Source: the human T2T-CHM13v2.0 reference genome, Homo sapiens. From it: a stretch of DNA of 64,000 nucleotides. The translations under genes and the position numbers were made by a program. Location: NCBI RefSeq assembly GCF_009914755.1, contig NC_060935.1, one strand, 5' to 3'. A model generated the notes under the pieces. The model was not told where the DNA came from. It ran no database searches and saw only the letters and a program-made list of their open reading frames with translations. Positions 1 to 12,797 of the stretch are shown here, piece by piece. How positions within the stretch are numbered: the first letter of the stretch is position 1; each line of letters starts with the position of its first letter.

Positions 1-686
1 CTGTTTCAGAGAAGACTCCCTACTGGAGAACAGAGCTGTTTAGACTTTTCTGCATGATGAGAACTTAGCAGTTGTTGATTTCCAGAAATACTACCAAATG
101 GAAGTCAGCTTAGGGCCTTCAGGGACTATCCAGATCACCAAGAATATAAAGCTTGTGAATTCCCCACCCTTGGAAGGTCTCTTATGCATCTTCCCAGGAC
201 ACGCCTTAGAGGCAGCAAGTGCAGTTAAACCTGGATCAAAAATCAACTCAGTGCCATCATTGGGGATTAGAGCTCATCCACCTCCTAGAAAATCTAAAGT
301 TCCGCAGCAGACTCAGAGGGCCCTCTGGGAGCCTTCCTCGAGTTGCTGGGCCTGAGTTGCTATAGGAAGTCACAGGACAGAGAGAGCTGCTGTGTTTTAT
401 ATTTGCTGCCCAGACTGAATGCAACATGCAAGCAGCATCAGGGTTCTTATGGGCATAGTGGTGCATGTGCCGGGCTGCCTTCATTGTTCATGCCATTGAC
501 CTGGGCTCCCATCATAGATCCTGAGGAAGCAGCTGTTTCACAGCACAGGGCTGCTTTGAAGGATATTCAGGAACCTCTGATTCTGGCTGAGCTTCTGCTG
601 CTTCTTGGGAAGAAGCCAAGCCTCTGCCAGGATGTGACTGACTGGTCACTGGCCAGGGCCTCTGCCAGCCCTCACACACAGCCCTC

Positions 687-984
687 TTTTTTTTCTCTTT
701 TTGAGATGGAGTGTTACTCTGTCACCCAGGTTGGAGTGCAGTGGCACAATCTCAGCTCACCGTAACCTCTGCCTCCCAAGTTTAAGCAATTCTTGTGCCT
801 CAGCCTCCTGAGTAGCCGGGATTACAGGCACTGGCCACTATACCTGGCTAATTTTTGTATTTTTAGTGGAGATGGGGTTTCAACATGTTGACCAGGCTAG
901 ACTCGAACTCCTGACCTTAAGTGATCCGCCTGCCTCAGCCTCCCAAAGTGCTGAGATTACAGGCGTGAGCCAAAGCACCTGGCC
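687..984 (-). mobile_element. AluS-type SINE
   Basis: Reverse-complement Alu dimer with poly-T head; imperfect TSD CACAGCC(C/A)TCTTTT on both sides. Confidence 0.92.
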
Positions 985-1297
985 TCACAGCCATCTTTTT
1001 AAGATCATGGGTCAAGTCACTCTCAGGGCCTTGATTGCCTATAGCTAAGGAGTGAGAGGTTTGGAGGCAGGGGTACATTACCTCTGTTCTGCAGATAAAC
1101 TTTGACCTTGAAATGATCCTGATGCCAGCCCTTGCTCAGATGCCCTGAAGAATCTTCAGAATCACACTCTTACTGTCCCTTTATATATTTCTTAGTCCTT
1201 CTTAATGAAGGAGAAACAATGTTAGAATTTTGTGGTACGATTATAGGTTTCTGAACATGAATTCAACAATTCAGTCTTACTACCTTAATGCTTGCAG

Positions 1298-1401
1298 GGC
1301 CTTCGGAGAGAACTCTCTCAATCAATGAAGAAGAACCGGAGGGAGGTTTCAGCAAGTGGAACGCTACAAATAAGGACCCTGAAGAATTATTTAAACAAGA
1401 G
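1298..1401 (+). CDS. PPFIBP2: Liprin-beta-2 internal coding exon (GPSERTLSINEEEPEGGFSKWNATNKDPEELFKQE)
   Basis: ttgcag acceptor and GAG|gtactg donor; frame open and continuous with the downstream exons. Confidence 0.9.
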
Positions 1402-3239
1402 GTACTGTGTTTCCATCCATGACGTAGGGTTTCAGCAGGTCCTCCGAGCTTGCCCTGAGCTTGAGGGAGGATCTAGTCAGACACGTGTCAGGTGCACATC
1501 TTGGCAGGTGAATACTTAAATTAATATAGTGCCCCTCAGGCTGTGATGGGGATGGGCGAGCAAGAGGCTGAGGCTCTGGCCTGTGCTCTGGTTGGAGGCA
1601 GCATGGTGGATACTGGAACTTTCAAGGATAGGAGTTCTCCTTTTTAATCAGGCTCCTAGTTTATTTTTATCTTTTTTTTCTCTGGAATGTAAGCATAGAC
1701 CAAAGGTGATGTTTGATTTATCTACCACCCTTTCTCCAAGGTCTGCAGTAATGCCCGATACCCAGTAGAATTCAACAAATATTTGTTGAATGAACGAACA
1801 TGTCTTGCTCATTTAGAGGAATTAACTGCAACCTCTGAAATGCCGCATTCCTGCTTGACAGATACGCCCTTCAGCCCCTATAGCCAGGACACAGATTTTC
1901 CTTCTCATCTATTTCGTTTGTTTAAAATCTGGTCCTATTGTATGAATCTCTCTAGACTTAAGCTAGATACAAATAAACAAATAAACAAGACCTCAGGTGA
2001 AGGAGGGGCTTCAGCCTAGGGTCCAAAAGATTCCTGAAAACGTCACACTATCAAATTGAAAAGAATCTTAGTGCTTCAGTTCAACCTTTTTAATTAAGGA
2101 GCAAAAGCATCATCCAGTGAGCCAGTTATTGACTCAGAACAAGCACCCCAGATTGCTGGCAATTACAGAATAGCGGTGTCCAAGTCTTACCAAGTCTTAC
2201 TGGATACCTCCACGTGGTCACTGTGATGAACATTGTATCTGGCAGAATATGGACTTGAACCCAGGTCTGACCACAATGCCCAGGTATTTAAAACTATACT
2301 ATAATGCCAGCGTTGTTGTTATAGTAGACCAAGAGGATGCTAGGATCTAGAGAAAAGAGGCAGTACTGGAGACATGGGACTGTCTTCTTTCATAACCTCC
2401 ATTAGCTCAAGGTGGCTCCGCCTGTGATGCTAGGTGCACTGCTGAAGGCACAGTGTTGTGGTAGGTACAATACTGAAGACACGGGACTGTATTATTTCAT
2501 ACCATCATTAGCTCATGGTCTTTCCCCCTGTAATGTTCTTTCCTTTCTTGCCTTAACCAGTTCTCATTTCTCAAAATTCAGCTCAGCTTTTCTCCTCTCT
2601 AAAGCTTTCTCAGCCTTCCCTCTGGTGAGAGGGAGCCCCTCTCTCCCACTGTTCCCATATTGTGTTACAGGTGTTGGAGCCATAAGAGCATTGCACATTA
2701 TTCTGTTATCCTAGTGTACTTGTCTGTCTCCCAGATGTGGGGAGTGCTTGCTCCAGACCTGGCACAGGGCCTGGCAGGGAGTAGATGTTGCTGATGTTTG
2801 TCGGGTGACCATATCAAATGGGATTTTCTCATTGAAAGCAACAAAATTTGGCTCTGGCTAACCTAAGCCAAAAAGAATGTTTTTAAAAGAGTCTGCAGTG
2901 GCTCGCTGAATGAAAGGAAAAGCTGAAGAACCAAGATCAGAAAGGGAAGGAGCAGAAAAAGCCCAAGAACCCAGGTCTCAGGACTGTACTACTGGGATAT
3001 GAACATGATCTAAGCTCTAGGGTCCAGGAAGGAGAGGCAAGCTGGCCCAGATGGACTGATAAGCCTACCACACCCCCTTGCATCTTGAAAGAGCAAGGCA
3101 TCTATAATGATGTATCCACCATGGCTGCACCCAGGGAGGAAATGTCTCCCTAAAAGGAATCATGTGAAGCAGGGGGAAAGATGGTGGGTGGTCCCCAAAC
3201 AGACTGTCCTCTACCGTGACTCTTCTGTCTCTGGTGCAG

Positions 3240-3307
3240 ATGCCTCCAAGATGTAGCTCTCCTACAGTGGGGCCACCTCCATTGCCACAGAAATCACTGG
3301 AAACCAG
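3240..3307 (+). CDS. PPFIBP2: Liprin-beta-2 coding exon (MPPRCSSPTVGPPPLPQKSLETR)
   Basis: gtgcag|ATG acceptor, AG|gtaaga donor, phase 0 to 2. Confidence 0.92.
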
Positions 3308-4867
3308 GTAAGAGGCCTGGGCATTTCCCCACAGCCACTGTGCTCTCAGGCTTGCCTTGGGGCTGCCGAAGTAGATGGTGATGACCGTGAATGGTGAGCA
3401 TGGCCACTGAGTCCTAGGTGCACCTGCCCCTCTGTTGTTAGGGCAGTTACAAACCAGGCCTACCTCTTTTGGCCACAGAAGGGCTTCTCATCCTTCAGGC
3501 TGAGGGTGTGGATCATTGTCACTGAGAAAGGATCTGGCCAAGGATTAGAGCCTCAGAGGAGAGGTGGCTGCAACTCATCTGTGTCTTATAGCAGCTCCTC
3601 AGAGCTGAGAGCATCCCGTGATGTGTGTTCCTTTTGTCAGCCTCTGCCTCCTGCTCTTAGAGTGAATTTAGCCCTTTGACAGTCGAAGCTTTCTAGGGAA
3701 GGCCATGTCTTCTCATAGCAATTGGTCTAATTGCTTTAAGGATGCTTCACAACAATGAACTAATAATGGGCTCGCCTCTGAGGTCATTTGACTGCCATCT
3801 GTCTTGTTCCCTCTAAAATAAACCTAAATCTAGTTCCCTATGTCTGTACTTTAGCACACATTTTGAAATTGAGCCCCATGTAAGGGAGACATGGAGGCTT
3901 CACTACCAAGGTACTGGCAACCACTACCAGGCTGCCTTTCAGCTAAGGTGTTGGGGCAGATGACCACAAGCATCACAGAAACTCCCCAGAATGGTGCTGA
4001 GTCTCCAGAGCCTGCACTCTGAGTCCACTTTCCAGAAAGCAGTTGTTCCCTTGAGCCTTTAGCCCAGAGGAAAATGGTAATGTTAGAGAAGTTGATCAGG
4101 CAGTCCTTAGTTTTGGAGAATAAGAATTGTGGTTTATGAGTTCACTGAGGGAAAGGTCAACACCAAGGAACTCGGACTGACCAGATTTACAAGAGACTAA
4201 TATTTTTTAAAATGATGACTTACTCGTATAATCTGAGAAATATGACTGCCAAGGAGACTTGGCACAGGTTACCCTTGTGACCACTGGTGGCATTGCCTCT
4301 TGACACATTTGGTGCCTTTCTCTGCAAAATAGACCCTGAGAGAGCCAGATGAGTCTGAGCAGACTAGATGGGCATGCAGATCCAGAGCAGAGTGTGGCAG
4401 GGTCCTAGCAAGTGATGTTCTGGAGCCATGGCTGGTTAATGTGTTCATCTCTACTCTAAGGAGGCCCAGGTCCCTGCTCCCTGGATTACTCTTAGACTCA
4501 GACAAGCCCAGCATCAGCACCTTTCCCCTCTTTTGACACTGTAGACCTTGGCCTTTTATGACCGCACAATTGTCACCTCAGTGCAGCAGAATTGAGTGTA
4601 TTCTGGCTTTTTGTGCAATGCCAAGAACATTTCATTTGGATTTAAGTGACCCTGTCATGCCCTTACTAACACATTATTGGACCAGTCTGTCCCCCAAGGT
4701 GGGCCAGTCTCATTTTGTATGTAAAGGCTATTATGAGAGGGTATTTTTTTTTCTTGACTTTGAACCTAAGCCCAAGACCATCGGTTAAGCATTTGAAATG
4801 TCCTCTGCATGAGTGATAACATGTACCTCCTTCTCATAACTATTTCTTTCTTTTGTGTTTTTTTCAG

Positions 4868-4925
4868 GGCTCAGAAAAAGCTCTCTTGTAGTCTAGAAGA
4901 CTTGAGAAGTGAATCTGTGGATAAG
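4868..4925 (+). CDS. PPFIBP2: Liprin-beta-2 coding exon (AQKKLSCSLEDLRSESVDK)
   Basis: Long T tract plus cag acceptor, AAG|gtcggc donor, phase 2 to 0. Confidence 0.92.
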
Positions 4926-5924
4926 GTCGGCTCATCAACCTATCCTTAAAGATGACTGAGTTACTTTTTTGGGCCTAGCATAGTACTGGGATATACAGGC
5001 AGGTCCTGGTCCCTACCTTGTAGAGGATTTTATAAAGTTGTAGAGGAAGCAGGAATTACATGAACATTTTGAGAAAATTAACTGGGTGTGGCCCAAAGCA
5101 TCTTAGAGGAAGGACAATTCAGGAAATGTTGCCTGGAGTTGATGAGAGAAGATGTTGAGATCAGCAAAGCTTGGTTAGAGTCTGCTGAGCAATAGCAGGT
5201 TTTGGAAGATGGTGGAGAGTAGGAGGAGGTAAGGTCAGAGCCATGAGACAGATCAAGCCAGGGAAGATCTTGACTACTAGTCCTATATCCCTGGGGCACT
5301 TGGGGACATCGTATAGATTTTTTTAATGATGAATTAATGTGAATAAAGGAGATGATCCCAAGGAAAGATGTGGGATCGTCAGGATGTTGGAGAGTGAGCT
5401 GTTGTAAGAGTCTGGAAAGATGGAGGAGGGTCTTGTGGCTCCTTATATAGGAGTAGCCCTTGATCATGTGGGTGGACCTCATGCTGCAGGGGACAGTAGC
5501 AGGCTCTTGAGCTTGGTCATTAGAGACCAAGGGAGCCTGCCCTGATAGAGACCCTTCAGTGAGCCTGTGCTGCATACCATCCCTTGGTCTCCAATAATGT
5601 TCATCAGCCTCCTTGTTGATACAGTGGAGAACCATAAAGGCTGAAGTCTGCAGGAGCCCTGGGATCATTCAGTGGCTCTGCTCCCATGGTCACGTGTCTC
5701 TCGGTTGCCATGGTCATGTTGCTGGCAGCTGCCCAGGACATCTGTCCATGGAGTTGGACAGGGATCTTTCCTGCCCTGGATGGTGATTACTTGACATGAA
5801 GATGTGGAGGGAGGGGATGCGCCTTTCAGATTTAAGCAAACAGGTAGTCCTGAGTTGTTGCTGTTTGTGAATAACACAAGTCTCTTTTTCTCCACATAAA
5901 CGAAATCCTCATGTTACTCCATAG

Positions 5925-5966
5925 TGTATGGATGGGAACCAGCCCTTCCCGGTGTTAGAACCCAAG
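5925..5966 (+). CDS. PPFIBP2: Liprin-beta-2 42-nt coding exon (CMDGNQPFPVLEPK)
   Basis: ccatag acceptor, AAG|gtacat donor, phase 0 to 0. Confidence 0.88.
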
Positions 5967-8460
5967 GTACATTGACTTCGTGCCCCGTCGTCTATTTGTG
6001 GTTACACTGTTTGCTAGTATTTTAATTTAGCAAGTCATAGTTTTCATAACCTTAAAATGTGCCAACTGTAAGGAGTAAGAGGGCAAGAGGAAAGACGCAA
6101 CTTTTCTCTCCCATTTTATTTTTATGTGCACTCAGCTATTTAATATGCTTTTGCTATCATTATCTGTGGGACAGGATTTATTATTATCACCTCCATTTTA
6201 TAGGCTCAGAGAAATTAATCTTTAACAAAGTAATCTAGATTTAATCACTGGGAAGGGGATTGCTACGATCTCAGCACACTGAAGAACGTGACAGCTCTCA
6301 TCCTTTCTGTGCTGATATGTCATGGTTAAAAAAACACAAGTGTACACTCAGTCCCGCTTTGATGAACAAGTTATGTTATAAAAATTCCATTAGGACTGAT
6401 TTTCTCCAGGGAAGCCTGTTGTGGAAGAGGATTAAGTTTTTAGGCCAGTGCACAAAATGTTGAGCCCATAAAGAAATGAAGATTCATATAATTAGCATGA
6501 TTTCAGCCACACCCAACCACCATTTATAACATTATATGGAAAATGTATTGTGAGGCTGATGGCATTTCCCTTCTCTGTCCCCTGCCTCCATGTCCATATG
6601 AAACATGGAGCTTCTCATTGCTTGCTGACTTCTGCCTGAGAGGGTCATTTTATATTTTCACGGTAAAATGGGGCATCTCTGCTCCTCCACATCTGCGTAA
6701 GAGAAAGATCTTTTCTGCACGTCTGCATCTATATAAGGGGCTTCTCTACTCTTCCATATTTGTAGCAGTTGGTTCTTCAAGTGGGCAGCCATTCCTTGGG
6801 CCATCTGAACTGTATAGCAAAAGTCTTCTGCCTGCTCCCCTGCCCAGGTGCTCTGCAACACAGTCCCTTGAGCCTGGGGTTGGTGTGGTCCCTTTGTGAA
6901 CTGAAAGGCTTCCTATGGCGTCAGCTGTTAAATCGCTCAGCAGTCCCCCCTCCCACCTCAGCTTCACAGAGGTCATTCGCAGGTGTTTCTAAAGCACACC
7001 TGTAAGTGACCACCTGCTCCTTTGGAAACACACCCAGCTCACAGGCTCAAGGTTTAAGACGCCAATTTGATTACCAAGAAATATAAGTGACGTAGAACTA
7101 TTTATAAAGAAAAAAATGCTCCAGATTAAAAGATTAATTCTTACATGGTTTTGGCCATAATCACAATCTTATACAACCTCAGTTATTCAACATGACCACC
7201 CTCCCCTCTCACCCACATACACCACCGTCCTCCCCAGAATAGCTACACAGGTGCAGAACCGCTCCACAGTCATCTTTCTGCAGCATCCCTAACTGTAGTG
7301 TCTGGCCCTTGCTTAAACTGGCTCTTGCTTTCTGTGACTGAGAGCTCATTTCATTGGAAGACATCCTTTGTATTCTTTTGCAGCTGTGTGAGCTTCTCTA
7401 AAATGTGCATCTGCTGATCCTCTCCCTCCACATCTAGCCCATGGAAAAAGTCAATCTCCCCTACTCCTGACAGCTCTGGAATTTAAGTCCCTCATGCCCT
7501 CTCTGAGTGCTCTGTTCTCTGGGCTGAACATCACCTTCTCATGTGCATGGATCACAAGCCTTTTAAGCTGCTACTTAGTCTTCTTAGGCTCAGCGCTAGT
7601 TTCTCAATGTATTCTTCAAGTTCTGCCCTGGACCAGACTTGGAGTGTGATATTCTAGATGTAGTCTGACCAGTGCCTGCCGTGGTCTAAGGACTCCTCTT
7701 CTAGATTGCTATTTCTTTAGGCCCTGGGTATGTGATATTTCCTGTGCTTCTCCTTATCCACTGTCCGCTGTGTGCTAGGCCCTGTGGATATGTTATTTCC
7801 TGGCAAACCTGAGGTAGGAATTGTTATTCTCCATTTAGAAATGACCAGAGGTCCTGAGAGGTGGAAGAGAAACAGCTCTGTCTGAGTTGGTCTGACTCAA
7901 AGCCTAGGCCCTTTCCACTCTGGCATGCTGCTTCTCTGTTGTAATTTAAAGCAGCTGGATAATCAGTTCTACACTACTCCCTTGGCTGGGGCTTCTGTTC
8001 CCCTACAGCCAGGAGGATTGTTCTTTTTGGAGACAGGAGAAACAGAACTGGAGTTGAGCATCCTTGTTTCCTCTGCGTCACGTCTTGACATTGCACTGCC
8101 TTCCACATCAGTGAGTCATTTCTTCCCAGCCCTTATTCTTGGCCTGAGCAGAGCTCAGAGAGCCCTTTCCATTGTCCTTGATTCCTTTTTGCTGTCTTTC
8201 TTACAGGTCGGGGCTGCCTTTTAAACCCCATCCTTGGGTTAGGTATGTGTTCTCCTTGCATCTCAGCTCCTCAGGGAGCTCCCCGGGTGGCCCACTTGCT
8301 TCCTTGGCTGTCTCTGCCCTGCCTTGAGGGAGCATGCGTGATGATGCAACCAGAAACACGTTTTTGAGAGCTCTTCCCCCCTCCATATGTCGTATATAAT
8401 AGGGAGCTTGGAGTCATGCCCTTCAGGTCTCTAACATCTTTGAACACTACCTTCTCACAG

Positions 8461-8655
8461 TCAGTGGTTCCTGGGTCTGACTGCATTAGTATAATCTGAG
8501 ATAATCTGAGATCCTTGTTAAAAATATAGACATCTGGGGTGTGCTTCCAGAGGGACTGAATCAGGGACTGGGCACTGGGAATTCATGTTGTTTTACAAGT
8601 GCTCCAGGTAATTATGAAGAGCAGCCGGCACATGAACTACCACTTGGAAACTGTG
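8461..8655. mobile_element. MER5-like hAT-Charlie MITE remnant
   Basis: cagtggttc start and gaatcag...acaagtgctccaggtaatt pattern; family assigned from memory. Confidence 0.5.
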
Positions 8656-10104
8656 GGTCTTGACCGTATGTCTGATCATGTCTAATCTTCACCTCATGGG
8701 TCATCACAAACTTGAAAATCTCATAGCCTTCCTCTCTGAAGGTTCTAGTTACTTCTACTCCACCAGCCAGTTCTTTCAGAATTCAGTTTCCTCTCACTGT
8801 ATCTCTCCTTTCTGAACTATTTATGGGGAGTTAATAGTCAATGTTCAATGAATGAACTGAATCTCAAACAATTTCTAGGACATATGTTTATAAGCAAATT
8901 GAATTGGAAATATATTGGATATTTGGCCTTTAGCTAAATGGAACTTCATAAGATGTCTCAGTCACAGCAGCCTTCCATTACTGTTGTGACTTGCCAGTTT
9001 GAAATCTGTTTTGTTTTTTATATTACTTTCTTCAGGATCTAATCAGGTGATCCACAGTTGATTCCTTTAGTGACATTGCTTCAATTTCTCTTTTCTTTTA
9101 TTCTCACTTTCACAGCACATTCCACTGTGTTTCTCTCAGGTTTGCAGATTAAGAGAGGCCATTATATGCCTCTTTACCAAATAAGTGCTATCTTCTTCCT
9201 CATTTAATCAACTTGTTTCTTTGGGACCTTTCCATGGCCAGGGTCCAAGCATGGAGCTGGCTGCACTGAGGCTCTACCTCGTGCAGACTATGATCCTAAG
9301 TTCCCAAAGGAGCTTTGTTGGCATGTAGTCCTCTGGCCCATTTCTTGTTGTCAGCTCCCCCAAGGGTGTGTGTGTATCTTCATGCTTGCCTTAACATGAT
9401 GTTTTTTAAGAAGCCATGATCACAATATAGGGATTTTTTCTTCTTTTGCTCCACATTTAAACTATAATTTCCCTTCTGTACCATAGCCGCTCTCAGGCAA
9501 GATCCATATCATTTATGCAGTTGGTCAGGCCCTCACAGAGATCTGCCCTTTTCTGGTCTGAGTAAGGGTTCCAATTAGCAGAAGCACCTCTCTCCTCACC
9601 ACAGGAAAGCAAATCTGGGGGAAACAGAGGAGCCCAGACCAGACTGAGCTCAGTTTCCTCTCTTGCAGGATTGTTATTTTACATATATATGTATGTATGT
9701 ATGATAAAACACTAGGCAGCTTTTATTAGAATGCCAATTTTCATATCCAAAGAGCTTACAGAGTAATTCACGGCTGTTAATTCATTGAGTCTCTGAGCAC
9801 TAGGCCAGACAGCAAAGGCCGCTTTGCAAGACAGCTTCACTTCCTGTTAGAGTCAGTTTCAGTCAGCCCCAGATTTGCACTTGACTCTGTCCCTGTCTTA
9901 CTGTGTGGCCTTGGGAAAGTTTCTTCCTTCCTTGGAACTCTGGTCCCCTTTCTCGGACTAGCTAAATAATCTTTGAGGGGTGTTCAAGTCACCATATGTG
10001 AAAAATGGCTCTTGCAAAACAGGGAGTTGTTCTGTATCCAAGGATTTCCTAACTGAGGCTGACAGTTAAGTCGGTATCTCTCTCTTTCTCTCACCTTCCA
10101 ATAG

Positions 10105-10243
10105 GACAGCCCTTTCTTGGCGGAGCACAAATATCCCACTTTACCTGGGAAGCTTTCAGGAGCCACGCCCAATGGAGAGGCTGCCAAATCTCCTCCCACC
10201 ATCTGCCAGCCTGACGCCACGGGGAGCAGCCTGCTGAGGCTGA
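10105..10243 (+). CDS. PPFIBP2: Liprin-beta-2 coding exon (DSPFLAEHKYPTLPGK...GSSLLRL)
   Basis: Pyrimidine tract plus aatag acceptor, A|gtgagt donor; overlaps ORF 10117-10302. Confidence 0.93.
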
Positions 10244-11403
10244 GTGAGTGTCCAGCCCTGGTGCTGGTGGCCTCTGAGCAGTGTCCTTGGCACTTTCAAT
10301 GATTGTATAAGATCCCTGCACCTACCACCACAATCCACAATTGGAGAATGGTGGGGTGGGTGGCTGGAACAAGTTGTACCTTGGGGTGGTCCCACCTCTA
10401 GAGGCTCCCCCTGGGCGAGCTGTTTTCTAAGGTCAGCACTCTACAGTCTCAGCAAACCAGGGTGTGTGTATCCCCTACTTCTTTTCGGCTGCAGCTTTTC
10501 ACCCTTATTTCCTCTCTTCTTCTCTTCCTCCTCTCGAACTCTTTCCTGTCCTTCCTAGCATTGTTTTCCCTCCTCTCAGACACCCCCTTCTACCCTTCCT
10601 GCCCCTGGTGCTTCCTTCCTCTGTCATTCTGATCTTCTCTCTCCTGTCTCCACCTTCTTCTCTGCAGCTTCCCTATTCCCCGTAGGAGGGTATCATGCAC
10701 TCCAAGTGGGAGCATTTCCTTAGGCAAATGAAGTCAGTGGCCAATGGGCAAGGGTGTCGGTCTGCAGGTATCCTTTCGGTGCGTAAGACCTGAAACCACA
10801 GAGGCTTTTGCTGCTTTTCATTCAAAATAAGCCATCTTTCCCCACCAGCAGCAAAAGATTCAATGGCCCCGGAAGGGAACATTCTGGTCCTGGCAGGGTT
10901 CTTCCTGAGGCTCCTCAGCCTCAGCTCTTCCCTGAGCTGGCCCATGCATTGGCCTAGTGAAGGCCAGCTCTGCCGTTGGCTGCAGGAACTTCAGATAAAC
11001 CCTTGAATGAGTGTGTTCTAGTGACACTCAAACTGGACTCACTATGGCTTCAGATTGTTCTAGTCTGAGCTGAGTGAGCCCAGGCACCTGCACAAGAGCT
11101 GCCTGTGGCCTGGAGTATTCAGCCCCTGCTGCTGTCCCTTCCTTTCCCTGGGTGTGGACACCTCAGCCTGTCACAAAGGGGCCCCAGGAACACTTGGTCC
11201 CCTCACATGAAACCTCTTCTCAGTGTCAGTCACCACTCACCCCCTCCTTCTCCATGGGATTATTTTTCTTTCTGTTTGAGTTTTTCTCTCTTGCTCGATG
11301 ACACTCTTTTGTTTATTTCTTTGCTTCCCCGTAACTCTGTTGGGCTGGACTTTGGCCTCTCTTGTTTCTTCATGTGGCTTCTCTGCTTCTTGGTTCACTG
11401 GAG

Positions 11404-11436
11404 ATCGTGGCCGGAGTGTCAGTGCCCCCGTATTAG
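11404..11436 (+). CDS. PPFIBP2: Putative 33-nt cassette microexon (NRGRSVSAPVLG)
   Basis: Long pyrimidine-rich tract, ctggag acceptor, AG|gtactg donor; phase 1 to 1 matches both flanking exons; resembles the RKRSASAPTL segment of paralog PPFIBP1 (from memory). Confidence 0.72.
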   Translation: MVAGVSVPPY

Positions 11437-11849
11437 GTACTGTACCCATTCCAGGTGAGGTGGAGAGTGAGAATGCCTTTGTTTCCCTACCCTAACCCTC
11501 CCCTTCACCAGCACTCAGCCAGGGACCCACTACTGCCTGCGTTCCTGCATCTCCCTCTGAGGAAAAAGAAGCTGCTTGTTGGAATAATCCACAAGTACTT
11601 TGGACCCCAAATCCTTAAAATTAAAGACATTAGCTCACCTAGATTTGAAATATTGAGCACACTAATTTCTCAGCAAGGAAGCCTGGAGTCCCCACTAGTC
11701 TCTGGGATCTTGGTATGGAGTTCTGCCCTGAAGGCAGAACTGGGCAGATTCTCTGGACTCCCACTGAAGGGGAGGGCCCAGGCTTGGGGAAGAAGGGTTC
11801 CAGGGGTCACATCCTTACATTCACATTCATTGCCTTCTTCCAATCTCAG

Positions 11850-11991
11850 GAGACACAGAAAGTGGCTGGGATGACACTGCTGTGGTCAATGACCTCTCAT
11901 CCACATCATCGGGCACTGAATCAGGTCCTCAGTCTCCTCTGACACCAGATGGTAAACGGAATCCCAAAGGCATTAAGAAGTTCTGGGGAAA
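11850..11991 (+). CDS. PPFIBP2: Liprin-beta-2 coding exon (RDTESGWDD...KGIKKFWGK)
   Basis: ctcag acceptor, AA|gtaagt donor, phase 1 to 2. Confidence 0.93.
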
Positions 11992-12668
11992 GTAAGTTGG
12001 TGCCGTTGATCCTAATTATATTGCTTAGAATTTTTCTTTTTGATTGGGCAAAGAGTCTATGTAAGCCCCTGGTCCAATAGACACTGAAACAGCAGTCAAA
12101 ACAGAGTGTTCATGTTCAAAGAGAAGAATCTGAGATATTTTCCAGGGCCAAGAGAAGGAGAAGTATGAAAGACACCCATTGAATATATCCAGTTGACTTT
12201 CATGTCATGCATCCTAAGCACCCACCCATTCCACACACCCTGAACATAATCTCTGCAGCTTATATTACATTGGATCTGGCACAGACACAGATGAGACTGT
12301 ATTCTCCCTTCTTAGGAGTCAGTCTGTTTTAAGAAATCTTTGAAAAACCTTTGAAAGCCAAGTACTTGCTGGCCCAACTGATCCACTTTGTGACATGAGG
12401 CAGAAACTGGGGCCTCCTACAAGGCATCAAACTTTGCTTTGACTTCTATGGCAAGTGACCAAATCCCAGAGGCAGGATCCGAATTGAGGCTTGAGTCTGG
12501 CCAAGGAGCTGCGACAGGTTGTGATCCTTGATCTCTGGGAAGGTACGGAGAAGCAGTGCTGCCGAGAGTCCCTGTGCTGGCCTGCATGGCCTTGCAAAAG
12601 AGGAAGCACAGTGACTGTAGGCTTTCTGACTATTCCATGACCGTCTCCATGGATTCTTCTCCATGCAG

Positions 12669-12797
12669 AATCCGAAGAACTCAGTCAGGAAATTTCTACA
12701 CTGACACGCTGGGGATGGCAGAGTTTCGACGAGGTGGGCTCCGGGCAACCGCAGGGCCAAGACTCTCTAGGACCAGGGACTCCAAGGGACAGAAAAG
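12669..12797 (+). CDS. PPFIBP2: Liprin-beta-2 coding exon (IRRTQSGNF...FRRGGLRATAGPRL...GQK)
   Basis: Conserved liprin-beta RGGxRATAGPRL motif; atgcag acceptor, AG|gtaagg donor. Confidence 0.95.

Noticed and set aside
5078-5668. 196-aa minus-strand ORF
   Set aside because: Intronic, antisense to PPFIBP2, no recognisable motifs, overlaps decayed repeat-like sequence
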